From the sequence record PP724615.1: 64,000 nt of DNA. The stretch is one strand, 5' to 3'. Within the stretch, counting starts at the first letter, position 1. Each line of letters opens with the position of its first letter. The notes below the pieces were generated by a model. It did not search any database, was not told the origin of the DNA, and saw only the letters and a list, made by a program, of their open reading frames with translations. Origin of the DNA: Escherichia phage HK6. Both the position numbers and the translations under genes were made by a program. This document shows positions 1-9,324 of this stretch, piece by piece.

Positions 1-47
1 CAAAATGGCTAGGATTCTGTCAAATCAAATCGTGCTGTTAATAAGTC

Positions 48-56
48 TGTGGATAA
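48..56 (+). promoter_or_regulatory. DnaA-box consensus match TGTGGATAA
   Basis: Exact 9-mer match to the DnaA box consensus; single copy. Confidence 0.3.
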
Positions 57-87
57 CTTAAATAATAGTGTTTCTCACTTCCATTCT

Positions 88-240
88 TAAATGAGAATCA
101 TTATCATTTGCATTCCACTATCTAAATGAGAATCGTTTCACTTCCTGAATAATTTTCATTCCACTTTTTAAATGAGAATCGTTTCACTTTCTAAATGCGA
201 ATTATTATCATTCTCATTCCGCTTTTTAAATGAGAATGAT
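88..240. repeat. Five degenerate direct repeats of TAAATGAGAAT(C/G)
   Basis: Copies near 88, 123, 170, 193 (variant) and 228, interleaved with CATTCCAC(T) motifs. Confidence 0.7.
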
Positions 241-255
241 TCTTATTATCATTCG

Positions 256-279
256 TATTTAGCGCAGGGCAATTGCCCT
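256..279. repeat. Perfect 24-bp palindrome AGCGCAGGGCAATTGCCCTGCGCT followed by TTTT
   Basis: Perfect inverted repeat, GC-rich arms, T-run downstream; hairpin/terminator-like or protein-binding site. Confidence 0.7.
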
Positions 280-286
280 GCGCTTT

Positions 287-511
287 TGTGCAAATCCGAC
301 ATTGCTCCACGGGTGTTACGTGCGGGCGTGTATGTGCAAATCCGACAATTTTTGGTAGTGTGCAAATCCGACCCCAAAATTTTTTATAGTGTGCAAATCC
401 GACAATGAATTTTTCCTAAAAACTCCAGCAATCACGAACTGCGTTCGAATCCTGTGGGGTATGTGCAAATCCGACATGGTTTTTCTAGGATTAAGATGTG
501 CGAATCCGACA
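287..511 (+). repeat. Cluster of six TGTGCAAATCCGAC(A/C) boxes (287, 333, 359, 390, 462, 497)
   Basis: Near-identical 15-mers in direct orientation at irregular spacing; the copy at 497 has one substitution (TGTGCGAATCCGACA). Confidence 0.85.
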
Positions 512-838
512 AGATTTTTGTGACTTCGATTAGATGGTGTGTGATTGTATGAGTTTGGGGAGAAGTTGAGAGATCGAGAGAAACTTGAGGGAACTGCGGG
601 AGGGGCGCATGTTTGGTGCGGGGCACCCGATTTGCGGGGATTTTGGGGAAGAGTTGAGAAGATTTGGGTTAATTTGAGATTAGTGGAGATAAAGTAAAAT
701 TTTATTAGCAAAATGGGGCAAAATAGCTTGACAAGTGAAAATTTCTGTGGCTCTAAAAACTCAGGCAATCATGGGCCTTCGGCCCGAAATAATGCTGCCA
801 TTTTCAGGAGATTATATGTTCCTAAAAACTTAGGCAAT

Positions 839-1037
839 TGTGCAAATCCGACCATAAATTTCTAGAAACACAATGTGCAAATCCGACAGTAATTTCTGAA
901 AAAGTGTTTTCAAAAAATGTCTTCTAGAAATAACCGCCCTCCCCATAACCGCCCTCCCCATAACCGCCCTGTATGGGAAAACCGGCCTAGGATATGTAGC
1001 GTTGGGAGAAACTGCCCTAGAACATGTGCAAATCCGA
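839..1037 (+). repeat. Three further TGTGCAAATCCGA boxes (839, 874, 1025)
   Basis: Same 15-mer family as the 287-511 cluster. Confidence 0.8.
930..971 (+). repeat. Tandem repeat ATAACCGCCCTCCCC x2 plus a partial third copy
   Basis: Head-to-tail 15-bp units at 930-944 and 945-959, partial at 960-971; followed by two GGGARAAACYGCCCTAG copies. Confidence 0.85.
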
Positions 1038-1321
1038 TTTAAAGTTTAGTGTAAACCCTAGAGTTAGTGTTCAACTATTCCTAAAAACTTAGGAGTCTAC
1101 TAGAAAGTGTTGTGCCATCCTAGGCAGAATGGCGGCAACCGGTGTATCATCTTGAATGTAAATTATGTGGTCAAAAGTTTTACCTTTAATTTAAGTATAA
1201 GATCCCCAAAGATTGGAAGAGATGCTCCACCCCTGGGATACGAATTGCGTGAGATGGTACAAAACTTCTTAAGATTTCCCTAGCCCTCCGACAAGCTACG
1301 GGGGAAATAGAAGTTTCCCAT

Positions 1322-1350
1322 CCACCATCCGTATCCGGGTGGATCTCTTT
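1322..1350 (+). terminator. Candidate hairpin plus T-rich tract
   Basis: ATCCACC...GGTGGAT inverted repeat followed by CTCTTTATTC. Confidence 0.3.
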
Positions 1351-1409
1351 ATTCTATGTTATTTCATAGAGTTATTATAACATGCAGAAATCATAACGTC
1401 AAGTAGAGT

Positions 1410-2300
1410 TTATTCATCGAACATGAGATTTCCTTTCATCCCCATCTCCGCATACTCCATGAGTTCTTTGATGGATCTCACAGGGTAATCTACTTTACTA
1501 AAGTTATCATATATCTTGCATGAACTCTCATACAACTCGTTAGGTATCTGCAATTTGTTATCCGTTAGCTTCTCATAACGTGCAGAAGAATTTGTACCGT
1601 CAAACAGAACTGCGATAACTGCGGCGATTTGTTTAGTAAGATCATCTGCTCCTAGAATTATTCTATTAATAGCACTCGTTACTTCATGCTTAGGTTTAGC
1701 AGGTGGAAGGATAGGTTCGAGATCCTTAGGTAAAGGTTCTGTTCCTAGGAATCCTTCTTTTGTGCGGAACCAATAATTATCTAGATCAGATATCGTTTTA
1801 GACTTATTCCAAATAGTGAAGCAGGGTTTATTTCCTTCACGATCTCTGTATTCACGAACTGGAAGGTAATGATCAGGGAATGAATTGAGTGCATCATGCA
1901 TCGGTGAGCCTGTCTTTTTGAAGGACAAACCATACAACTCATTATAATTCATAACTTCATCTTCGTAAACATGAAAATCTTTATATGCTGGAAGATTAAA
2001 CCATTCTTGAAGCGAATGAACTGCAAAACGTTGTGCCCAAGCATGCATCACTAGAACTCTGTATTCTTTTACTTCATCTTTTGGAGAAGTACCTTTAGCT
2101 GTTCTAGCTGAACGAATACAGAACATCTCAACAACACGTTTCTCATTTAAAGAGAGTTCAGAATAACAACGTTCATGGCAACCTTCTAGCATTTCTAGAA
2201 GTTCACGTAGTTTCTCTACATCGACCGGTGGAAAAGGTCTTTCTTCAACTGCGAATTTACCAGTTACACCTTTTGGTTTTCTATTACTATAAAATCCCAT
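1410..2300 (-). CDS. Hypothetical protein (296 aa)
   Basis: Long ORF, ATGA start/stop overlap with downstream gene; no motif recognised. Confidence 0.6.
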   Translation of the reverse strand: MGFYSNRKPKGVTGKFAVEERPFPPVDVEKLRELLEMLEGCHERCYSELSLNEKRVVEMFCIRSARTAKGTSPKDEVKEYRVLVMHAWAQRFAVHSLQEWFNLPAYKDFHVYEDEVMNYNELYGLSFKKTGSPMHDALNSFPDHYLPVREYRDREGNKPCFTIWNKSKTISDLDNYWFRTKEGFLGTEPLPKDLEPILPPAKPKHEVTSAINRIILGADDLTKQIAAVIAVLFDGTNSSARYEKLTDNKLQIPNELYESSCKIYDNFSKVDYPVRSIKELMEYAEMGMKGNLMFDE

Positions 2301-2914
2301 TAATTACCTCTCTTATCTTCATTAAGAGCAGCTCCCAACGCCTCCATAATAGCATCCTCTAAACTTCCATGTTTACCAGGATTATTAAAATGAATAGTAC
2401 AAACAGAACTCCTAGAAACTCCAGCATCCGCAGGTGCTACGCTTCGCATATCAGATTCAAAAGCTTCTTGAGTATGTTTCAACTGTACAGAAGGGCCGTA
2501 ATCTTCCGCAAACTTATATGACTGCGTACTACTTACTACACCCCCACAAGGAACATTGTGCAAATCCGACATTAATTTTTTATCGGAGTTATTCAGCATT
2601 GAGATTGTCCCTGACTGCCACGGATCTCTAATAGTCACTGGAGTACTAGGGCGGTTCACCTCGGTCTTCACGAGTTTGTACCCCGCATCGATTAATGTGT
2701 TAATTAGATTATCAGCTGGGATGCGAGCCTTGCCAAAAATCTTACGAGCATCTTCGAGCTTACCTTCAAGATCTTTACATGCTCTAAGGTCAGTGTGTGC
2801 AAATGTTAGCTTCATAGATTTGAATTGTACAGTAGCAGTTAAATCTTTAAGGCTATAATCCCACGTATTCAGTTCATGATCTGGCACTACTTGAATAGGT
2901 TGTTGTGTAAACAT
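2300..2914 (-). CDS. Hypothetical protein (204 aa)
   Basis: Long ORF in an overlapping gene string; carries an internal TGTGCAAATCCGACA box at 2557-2571. Confidence 0.6.
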   Translation of the reverse strand: MFTQQPIQVVPDHELNTWDYSLKDLTATVQFKSMKLTFAHTDLRACKDLEGKLEDARKIFGKARIPADNLINTLIDAGYKLVKTEVNRPSTPVTIRDPWQSGTISMLNNSDKKLMSDLHNVPCGGVVSSTQSYKFAEDYGPSVQLKHTQEAFESDMRSVAPADAGVSRSSVCTIHFNNPGKHGSLEDAIMEALGAALNEDKRGN

Positions 2915-3099
2915 TATTTATTCTCCAGTTTGTCTAACAGTTTATGGGCTGCTAGATTATATTGTTTAAGTTCACGATTAAGGATTTGGTTCTCACACTT
3001 TAGCTCTAGATTCTTATTATTAAGAATATTGCAGATTAGTAGAAGTGCTAGTATTAGTAACAGAGAACCTACGAGCATTAAAAGAAAAAGAGTTTCCAT
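2914..3099 (-). CDS. Small membrane protein (61 aa)
   Basis: Hydrophobic N-terminal segment; start/stop overlaps with neighbours. Confidence 0.45.
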   Translation of the reverse strand: METLFLLMLVGSLLLILALLLICNILNNKNLELKCENQILNRELKQYNLAAHKLLDKLENK

Positions 3100-3539
3100 T
3101 ATTTTATCTCCATTCTTAACTTTGAAAACTTATTATACCAAACTATATGATTATCGTCAATTACAAATTTATGATAACATGCCGGTACGGTATAAGTTCC
3201 ATAATCCGTGACACGCTGCACAACCTTGTGTGCACACAGTCGACAACCATGCCCTTCTAAATGAGATCTAGCAGTTTGCCAGTAATAACCATCATGGTCT
3301 GGACAGTAGATCTCTACTTGCTGTTGCATTGTTTTATAATTTACACGCTCATACCCAAAGAAAACTCCATGAACTGCAACAGCTTTCTTGATAAATATAA
3401 GGTTTAGTGCTTCTTGTTGAAAGTCGGGATGTAGCTGCTTAATCTTAGTTCTATTAATAGATCCATCCGATTTGATAAACCTATTTATTGGGAAGTTGTT
3501 AGCTTCCTCGATCAGTAATTCATTTACTTTTTCTCTCAT
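3099..3539 (-). CDS. Hypothetical Cys/His-containing protein
   Basis: ORF extends to 3641 in the track; start placed at the internal Met just after the upstream stop (uncertain). Confidence 0.5.
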   Translation of the reverse strand: MREKVNELLIEEANNFPINRFIKSDGSINRTKIKQLHPDFQQEALNLIFIKKAVAVHGVFFGYERVNYKTMQQQVEIYCPDHDGYYWQTARSHLEGHGCRLCAHKVVQRVTDYGTYTVPACYHKFVIDDNHIVWYNKFSKLRMEIK

Positions 3540-3540
3540 A

Positions 3541-3765
3541 TTAGATATTCTCACAGCTAAGGTAGAAACATTCGTAAGCATCACCAGTAAACTCTTTATC
3601 TTGTAGTATACACTTAGCCTGGTCTTCTGGTACTCCAGCATCTAATAATTGTTGTTTACTTGGCTTTTCAGCGAATACCTTTACAAAATATTCACCATCC
3701 TGATTATACTCATTTATATCTCTAGTAAGGACGTATACTTGCATCTGAAGTTCCTTGAAACACAA
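3541..3765 (-). CDS. Hypothetical protein (74 aa)
   Basis: ORF track; start uncertain. Confidence 0.4.
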   Translation of the reverse strand: MCFKELQMQVYVLTRDINEYNQDGEYFVKVFAEKPSKQQLLDAGVPEDQAKCILQDKEFTGDAYECFYLSCENI

Positions 3766-3798
3766 AAGGCCAGAACAATTAAGTCCTGGCCCCTAAAA

Positions 3799-4170
3799 TT
3801 AATGAAGTTGTTTACCACTTCTTAAAATAGTGGCCGTTTCCATAAGATTTAACGTTGTATCACGCTTTTTGATTTGTTTGTCGAGTTCATCGGTACGTTT
3901 GCCAATGTAAGCGTTAATAGCCATATTCATAGCTGAGGCGAGATCTTCTTTGGTTATCTCTTCATCATCTAAAGCTAATTTAGCCAAAGAATCGAAAGTA
4001 CTAGAAAGTCCTATAAGATCAGAAGCTTCCCCTGCCAAAATAGGATTTATATTATCTATTGTTACTTCTAGCATAGAGTTAACAATATCTTCTCCGTCTA
4101 CTAGACCAGATTCAATATTACTCTCCCATTCCTTCATCTGCTCCAGCAATGGATTTTTCTTTTCTGTCAT
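3799..4170 (-). CDS. Hypothetical acidic protein
   Basis: ORF extends to 4236; start moved to internal Met with AGGAAA-like RBS to reduce overlap with upstream gene (uncertain). Confidence 0.45.
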   Translation of the reverse strand: MTEKKNPLLEQMKEWESNIESGLVDGEDIVNSMLEVTIDNINPILAGEASDLIGLSSTFDSLAKLALDDEEITKEDLASAMNMAINAYIGKRTDELDKQIKKRDTTLNLMETATILRSGKQLH

Positions 4171-4579
4171 GGTAGAGGTTTCCTGTGTCAGTTGGTAAGA
4201 AGGACGATTGAGCTTTAGGTGGATGTTGTTTAGCAATCCAGTTAAGAATCAGCACACGACTAGGAACAATATCAGTGTTGTACCAGGAATCATGAACCCA
4301 TTGACGAGCATCCTCAAACTTACCAAATTTATACGCTTTCTTAAATAATTCAAACCCAAAACAATCTGGTGTGAAGTCTACTTCACGATACTGAATTACT
4401 TTAGAACCGGTTAGGTCTTGGATCGCTGCATTAATTTCTGTATGCGAGAATTTTGTTTCGTGAAACTTATTAAAGAATCGGTAGTTGAAGCGTCCGTTCG
4501 TTTCGACAAACAACTGGATGAAGAGATCGTTAAATTGATTATCAAACCAGTAATTCTGTAGTTGTTGTAGTGCTGTCAT
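4118..4579 (-). CDS. Hypothetical protein (153 aa)
   Basis: ORF track. Confidence 0.55.
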   Translation of the reverse strand: MTALQQLQNYWFDNQFNDLFIQLFVETNGRFNYRFFNKFHETKFSHTEINAAIQDLTGSKVIQYREVDFTPDCFGFELFKKAYKFGKFEDARQWVHDSWYNTDIVPSRVLILNWIAKQHPPKAQSSFLPTDTGNLYHDRKEKSIAGADEGMGE

Positions 4580-4776
4580 TTACGAACTCCGTTAATTGCC
4601 GCGATAATGCCTTCGTACATAAAAGGAAGTAGTTCAGAAGTGTAGAAGATATTTTCCGTTATTCCTAGATGTCGAAAAAGTATATTAAATAATGCTGTTA
4701 GAAATACAATCTGAGGCAGTAATACAAAATACTCAGTTACAATCTTTGGTGCCTGATAAACAAGACGTTTTATCAT
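4576..4776 (-). CDS. Small membrane protein (66 aa)
   Basis: Hydrophobic; ATGA overlap with downstream gene. Confidence 0.4.
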   Translation of the reverse strand: MIKRLVYQAPKIVTEYFVLLPQIVFLTALFNILFRHLGITENIFYTSELLPFMYEGIIAAINGVRK

Positions 4777-4875
4777 TGTTTTTATGTCTCCTTATTACTT
4801 TGGCCTGCTCCACAATAATAAAAACTGCGAGCACTAATAGTGCTAGTAGCCCCGCAGTAATTGGTACTAAATCAA

Positions 4876-5202
4876 TCATGGGAGACGCCATACGTAATTA
4901 GCTGTCTGTAGGATCTTAGGTGTGTCATCATGATACATTACTACAGACTTTGGTGAATAGCTATCAGCTAGTTCTTTACGAATCATTTCACACTCTTCAC
5001 CAGTATCAATATTTTTAACTATCACTTTCATATTAAGTGGTGTTAATACAGAAAGTGGTTTCCAGGAGTCCTCGATCTCAATTCCTACCTTTTTCTCGAT
5101 TAACATGAGAACTTCTAATGTATCGTCCGGAATACTAATATTATTATTCACAAACTGTAATATCTCATGTAAGGTATTTAATTCATTAAAATTAAGCTTC
5201 AT
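4876..5202 (-). CDS. Hypothetical protein (108 aa)
   Basis: ORF track. Confidence 0.5.
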   Translation of the reverse strand: MKLNFNELNTLHEILQFVNNNISIPDDTLEVLMLIEKKVGIEIEDSWKPLSVLTPLNMKVIVKNIDTGEECEMIRKELADSYSPKSVVMYHDDTPKILQTANYVWRLP

Positions 5203-5437
5203 CTTTAAGAATATCCTCTACCATATCACAAGACTGTTGCAATTCATCAGCAATACGTTTAATATCGGTTTTTGTTACTTTACCAACTAACATCACCAGT
5301 AACATAGAAAAGATAATAAGTGGAACTGGAATAACAAATAAGGCTACCTTAACAAGGTTCTTTGGCGTCCATGTGTGGTATTTAGTAACCAGTACACCAA
5401 CCACAATTAGATAAAACGCTAGAATAAACATCATCAT
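5192..5437 (-). CDS. Small membrane protein (81 aa)
   Basis: Two hydrophobic segments. Confidence 0.45.
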   Translation of the reverse strand: MMMFILAFYLIVVGVLVTKYHTWTPKNLVKVALFVIPVPLIIFSMLLVMLVGKVTKTDIKRIADELQQSCDMVEDILKDEA

Positions 5438-5715
5438 TTTTTAATCTCCGTAATTATCTGTGCACGCATTACTTTATTAGGTAATTTTGTATTCCCAGCT
5501 ATTGCTTCAATATTGTTTAATTTTTCTTTTAGAATATCCGAGCGTCTCTGTGCTAGTTCAATATCTTGTTCTTGTTCTATTAAGCGGCAGTGAAGTCCAC
5601 TATTAGTAATAAGCATACTCTCCATGTTTTTTCGTATGCTTACAATACCAATAACCCCACCAATCGCTGCTAGTGTCATAAGCACTAGCAATCCAATGAG
5701 AATTTCAATTAACAT
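5434..5715 (-). CDS. Membrane-anchored protein (93 aa)
   Basis: N-terminal transmembrane segment, charged C-terminus. Confidence 0.5.
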   Translation of the reverse strand: MLIEILIGLLVLMTLAAIGGVIGIVSIRKNMESMLITNSGLHCRLIEQEQDIELAQRRSDILKEKLNNIEAIAGNTKLPNKVMRAQIITEIKK

Positions 5716-5875
5716 TAAATACCCCTACATTTTTCGTTATCCGGGACTAATTTACACATTTCTACTTTCAGTTCTTTTGCTGAGTTTTCTAGTTTAGAAA
5801 CTTTATTGTGAATAAGTCCCAAAAATATCACTTGGAAAACTACCATTATTGCTACTAATGCTAGTTTACTCTCCA

Positions 5876-6145
5876 TTATTTCTTACCTTTCAGTTGCTTA
5901 ACTTCACGCTCAAAAGATGCTGCACGGCGTTCGGCAGTTGCTTGATGCTCTTTAGCAAAACGTGCTTCCTGTTTTGCTAGGTTGAACGCCATAGCATTCT
6001 TATTCAGGGAATCATACATCTTTTTCATTGCCGGAATAGACATCTTCATGAGCTGGCCTTCAAAACCCTGCATGTCGAGGAGAATTGCCAGAACGTTAGC
6101 CATTTCATTTTTAGTCATGTTTTCCATTAGAATTTCCTCTCTCAT
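5876..6145 (-). CDS. Hypothetical protein (89 aa)
   Basis: ORF track; promoter module upstream at about 6139-6190. Confidence 0.5.
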   Translation of the reverse strand: MREEILMENMTKNEMANVLAILLDMQGFEGQLMKMSIPAMKKMYDSLNKNAMAFNLAKQEARFAKEHQATAERRAASFEREVKQLKGKK

Positions 6146-6205
6146 TAATTTATGAACTTATTATACAGAATTTTAAGGCTTAAAGCAACTGAATTTTTTA
6201 ATTAC

Positions 6206-6637
6206 TTACCAATCGTTAACAACGCCGGAGAACTCAGAAGCAAAAACTTTTTCAAATTTCTCTGCAATTTCAGGATGATCTTTGCAGATCAGCTCAATAC
6301 AGGCTTCTGGAGTCATTCCTTCATCTTCAGGATCACCATAGTATTTATCCCAAAGATCATCAGGAATGATATGTTCCGCCAAATCTTGGAAAGAGATTAA
6401 CTGATAACGTTCTGCCTCCTCAGCGATAAGAATTTCGCACAGATCTTTATCTATATCACTACGATAATCCGCAATTAATAGGGCATTGCAAGCATGACAT
6501 TCCCAGACCATCAAACGTTCAGAGATAGGATTAGACTTATCTTGGACGTAAGACTGGAACAAGGTTCGGAAAGTTGCCTTAACTTGTTCAAACTTATCTG
6601 CTGCTGCGAAAACTAGAGCTTTATCAACTTTGTTCAT
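6206..6637 (-). CDS. Hypothetical protein (143 aa)
   Basis: ORF track; promoter module upstream at about 6646-6700. Confidence 0.55.
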   Translation of the reverse strand: MNKVDKALVFAAADKFEQVKATFRTLFQSYVQDKSNPISERLMVWECHACNALLIADYRSDIDKDLCEILIAEEAERYQLISFQDLAEHIIPDDLWDKYYGDPEDEGMTPEACIELICKDHPEIAEKFEKVFASEFSGVVNDW

Positions 6638-6804
6638 TTTGATTCCTTCTCATCAATTTATAAAATAATTATACAGAAACTTAAGCATTTTAGCAAATAA
6701 AACTTTTAATTAAAATGCCTAATCCCGTGCCAATAGCAATACAAAGGATTATAAGTATTGCTATCGCTTGTATGATTCGTTTAATAATAGCCTCAGCTAT
6801 ATAC

Positions 6805-7326
6805 TTAGACATCTAACATCCAACTAGTTTTATCATGAGATGTGTACTTACCACTCATGATGTCTTCCAGGCGTACTGGTGATTTTGCGTACTCAACACA
6901 AACGTTAATATAACGAGGATCTCCCATTAGCTCAAAGTGAGTATGCCCATGTAAGTTCTTTTTACCCCTCAGCTCCCCGGGGTGTATTGGGGCATGAGAA
7001 AGCCAGAAGTTTTTATACTTAACTAGTGACTGTATGTTATCTACAACTCCTATTAAGTCTTTGAAAGATAATCCTCCTCGTTCTAAGTCGTGGTTTCCCA
7101 AAACTAACGTAGTTCTAATATTGCTAAAGAGTTTTTCGAACTTCTCCAAACCATTTCTAGATACAAATGCATCTCCTAAAATATAGAATACTGTACGTTT
7201 ATCTTTCATGGATATAATAGTATCCATAATAAATTCGTCATGCTCTTCCATATTAGAGAAGATTGGTCTGAATTTAGTAATATTTGCATGTCCTAAGTGG
7301 AGATCACTCCAAAAACAAACTTTCAT
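6805..7326 (-). CDS. Calcineurin-like metallophosphoesterase (173 aa)
   Basis: Motifs SDLHLGH, GDAF, GNHD, GHTH. Confidence 0.8.
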   Translation of the reverse strand: MKVCFWSDLHLGHANITKFRPIFSNMEEHDEFIMDTIISMKDKRTVFYILGDAFVSRNGLEKFEKLFSNIRTTLVLGNHDLERGGLSFKDLIGVVDNIQSLVKYKNFWLSHAPIHPGELRGKKNLHGHTHFELMGDPRYINVCVEYAKSPVRLEDIMSGKYTSHDKTSWMLDV

Positions 7327-8201
7327 TAAAGAATCCTCTGTACACCGCAGCTATCTTCCCGGAGTGTAGTAAATGTGGTGATTTTGCCAGTTTCATCGTT
7401 AACTTGCGCAACCGTCAACTGCCCGTTGAAAACACCGCCAGTATCAAGATAAACACGGTTCTGGTATAAAATCGGGTAGGGTACTCCAGTATGCCCATGA
7501 AATACAAAGTCTACTCCATTAACTGGGGGTACTTCTACCATGTATTTTTCCTTAAATCCTGCATAACGCTGGAAATATGGGTGTTCCTCACCATTTTTGG
7601 ACAAGTAGAAGCCTATTTCTTGGATTACATCTCGATCCCATAAATATGGTTCAACATGGTACCCCGGATGGTCATGTGGGTCTTCCTTAGCTGCTTCTAC
7701 TTGCGCAATAAGATTATCCCATACTGGGGTTTCTACTTCATTACCACATTCTTTGTATGTAAAAGGTACACCACCATGAACAACACCAAATTTCTTACCA
7801 CGATGTCTAACAGTTAGGAATACTGGCATTTTTTCAGCCATATCTTCGGCAATATTTTTAATGGTGTCTGCATCTAGTTCATTCATAGCCCACATACCCC
7901 CATTATACATCCAATTAGCCCAATCTCCCACAATCATAAATTGGTCATGATTACCCCGGACACTGATAAAGCGTGGATTATATAGGAATTTGGCTAAAAC
8001 TTGTAAGTTTTGTGTGCCTCGATCAATTAAGTCACCAACACATACTACGCAATCTTTTTTGCTATTATACCCGGCTAATTTCAACGCATCTTCTAGCAAA
8101 TCATTGCATCCATGAATATCACCAACGAAAAACAAGTTGGCATCATCAGGCACTACTAGAGTTTTATGTACATTAAATTCTTTTTTCATAATTATTCCCA
8201 A
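7326..8201 (-). CDS. Ser/Thr protein phosphatase (PPP family, 291 aa)
   Basis: Motifs GDIHG, GDLIDRG, RGNHD; start may be the Met 4 codons downstream. Confidence 0.85.
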   Translation of the reverse strand: MGIIMKKEFNVHKTLVVPDDANLFFVGDIHGCNDLLEDALKLAGYNSKKDCVVCVGDLIDRGTQNLQVLAKFLYNPRFISVRGNHDQFMIVGDWANWMYNGGMWAMNELDADTIKNIAEDMAEKMPVFLTVRHRGKKFGVVHGGVPFTYKECGNEVETPVWDNLIAQVEAAKEDPHDHPGYHVEPYLWDRDVIQEIGFYLSKNGEEHPYFQRYAGFKEKYMVEVPPVNGVDFVFHGHTGVPYPILYQNRVYLDTGGVFNGQLTVAQVNDETGKITTFTTLREDSCGVQRIL

Positions 8202-8437
8202 ATAACAGTTAAAATAGTTGTGCCATAATCATTAGATAGTTGGAGAGTATAACCCTCTTTATAGAGGGCTTTTATAGCTTCATAACTAATCTCATCACGA
8301 TTAAACTGCACAAAAGAACCCCCAATCTCCACAGAAGAAACTATTCTCTTTTTAACATACTTATATGGTTTCTTCCTGTTATTAAGGAGTGCAGCTCTAT
8401 TTATCCTGGCTAAACGTTTTGCTTGTTCCGCTAACAT
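8192..8437 (-). CDS. Hypothetical protein (81 aa)
   Basis: ORF track. Confidence 0.45.
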   Translation of the reverse strand: MLAEQAKRLARINRAALLNNRKKPYKYVKKRIVSSVEIGGSFVQFNRDEISYEAIKALYKEGYTLQLSNDYGTTILTVIWE

Positions 8438-8503
8438 TTAATCCTCCAATCAATTTATATAAGTATTATATCAAAATTTTTAGCAAAAAGCAAGTAAAAT
8501 AAA

Positions 8504-8529
8504 AGCCTGATCAGCTAAGATCAGGCTTT
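8504..8529 (-). terminator. Hairpin plus T-run terminator downstream of thioredoxin-like gene
   Basis: AGCCTGATC..GATCAGGCT stem, T-rich tracts on both sides. Confidence 0.55.
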
Positions 8530-8534
8530 GTTTA

Positions 8535-8825
8535 TTAGTCCTCTGGATTATCATCCAGGAAATTTTTAATAGCTTCGTGCATAGTTTCTTTACGAAGCTG
8601 ACGTCCAATCAAAATATGATTAGCCTCTACTCGACCATTAGGTAAACGATCCGCCAGAACTACTACAGGAACTTGGCGCACACCAAATTTCTGCATTAAT
8701 TCTGTATTATCAGTCTCTTTATGGATTTCCAAATTATAGTCATTGACTACTTTATCAAATACTGGCTCAAACATTTTGCAAGGATTGCAAGTGGAACCTT
8801 TCAATAGATATACTAATTTACTCAT
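8535..8825 (-). CDS. Thioredoxin-like protein (96 aa)
   Basis: CxxC motif (CNPC) in a thioredoxin-sized protein. Confidence 0.7.
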   Translation of the reverse strand: MSKLVYLLKGSTCNPCKMFEPVFDKVVNDYNLEIHKETDNTELMQKFGVRQVPVVVLADRLPNGRVEANHILIGRQLRKETMHEAIKNFLDDNPED

Positions 8826-9249
8826 AGTTATTAATGGCCTCTAAGAAGTTTTTCATAGTTTTTACGGTTGCGGTGCTTAGATCAAGATTTACACCCAAAC
8901 ACTCGGTTAATGCTTCCTGATAAGGAGCCTTCAATCTGCCTTCTGGGACTTCTACCTTTTTATACTCTTTATTTTTGACCTTTTTAATCATAGTCTCTAG
9001 TACAAGAAGTGGTAATTTAGCACCCTCAATATCAGTACCCAAAAGTTCAGTTAAAATTTTATTAAGATCAAGACGAGTTAACTTTTTGCCCTTAGACATA
9101 GATGCACCTACCTTTGTATCAATAGATTTTTCCGCTTTCTTTTCGAGCTTTTTGTACTCAGGAGAGTCATGATCACGGAGTGCAATGTTTAGCTCGTAAT
9201 GTGGTATACGAAAATGTTCCGCCATTTGAGTATAGAAACGATCAGACAT
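8818..9249 (-). CDS. Hypothetical protein (143 aa)
   Basis: ORF track. Confidence 0.55.
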   Translation of the reverse strand: MSDRFYTQMAEHFRIPHYELNIALRDHDSPEYKKLEKKAEKSIDTKVGASMSKGKKLTRLDLNKILTELLGTDIEGAKLPLLVLETMIKKVKNKEYKKVEVPEGRLKAPYQEALTECLGVNLDLSTATVKTMKNFLEAINNYE

Positions 9250-9324
9250 AATATATACCTCTCTTAACTAATTTATGTATATATTATATAATAACTAGGG
9301 CTAAAAGTCAACTACTTTTTTATC

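Larger units (their letters stand above)
414..1097 (+). repeat. Four dispersed copies of CTAAAAACT(C/T)NNG(C/G)AAT (about 416, 754, 822, 1080)
   Basis: CCTAAAAACTCCAGCAATC / CTAAAAACTCAGGCAATC / CCTAAAAACTTAGGCAATT / CCTAAAAACTTAGGAGTC. Confidence 0.7.
40..1100. repeat. Complex non-coding repeat region (candidate terminal-repeat / injection-stop-like region)
   Basis: Several interleaved repeat families, a palindrome and purine-rich tracts; ORFs in the track here (172-408, 316-768, 432-626) look repeat-driven. Confidence 0.7.

Noticed and set aside
172-768. ORFs 172-408 (+), 316-768 (-) and 432-626 (-) in the repeat region
   Set aside because: They overlap one another and the repeat families, have no RBS or promoter context, and translate to low-complexity sequence.
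287-1037. Possible CRISPR array from the repeated TGTGCAAATCCGACA boxes
   Set aside because: Repeats are only 15 bp, spacing is irregular (about 11 to 330 bp), no uniform spacers and no cas genes; better explained as a binding-site array.
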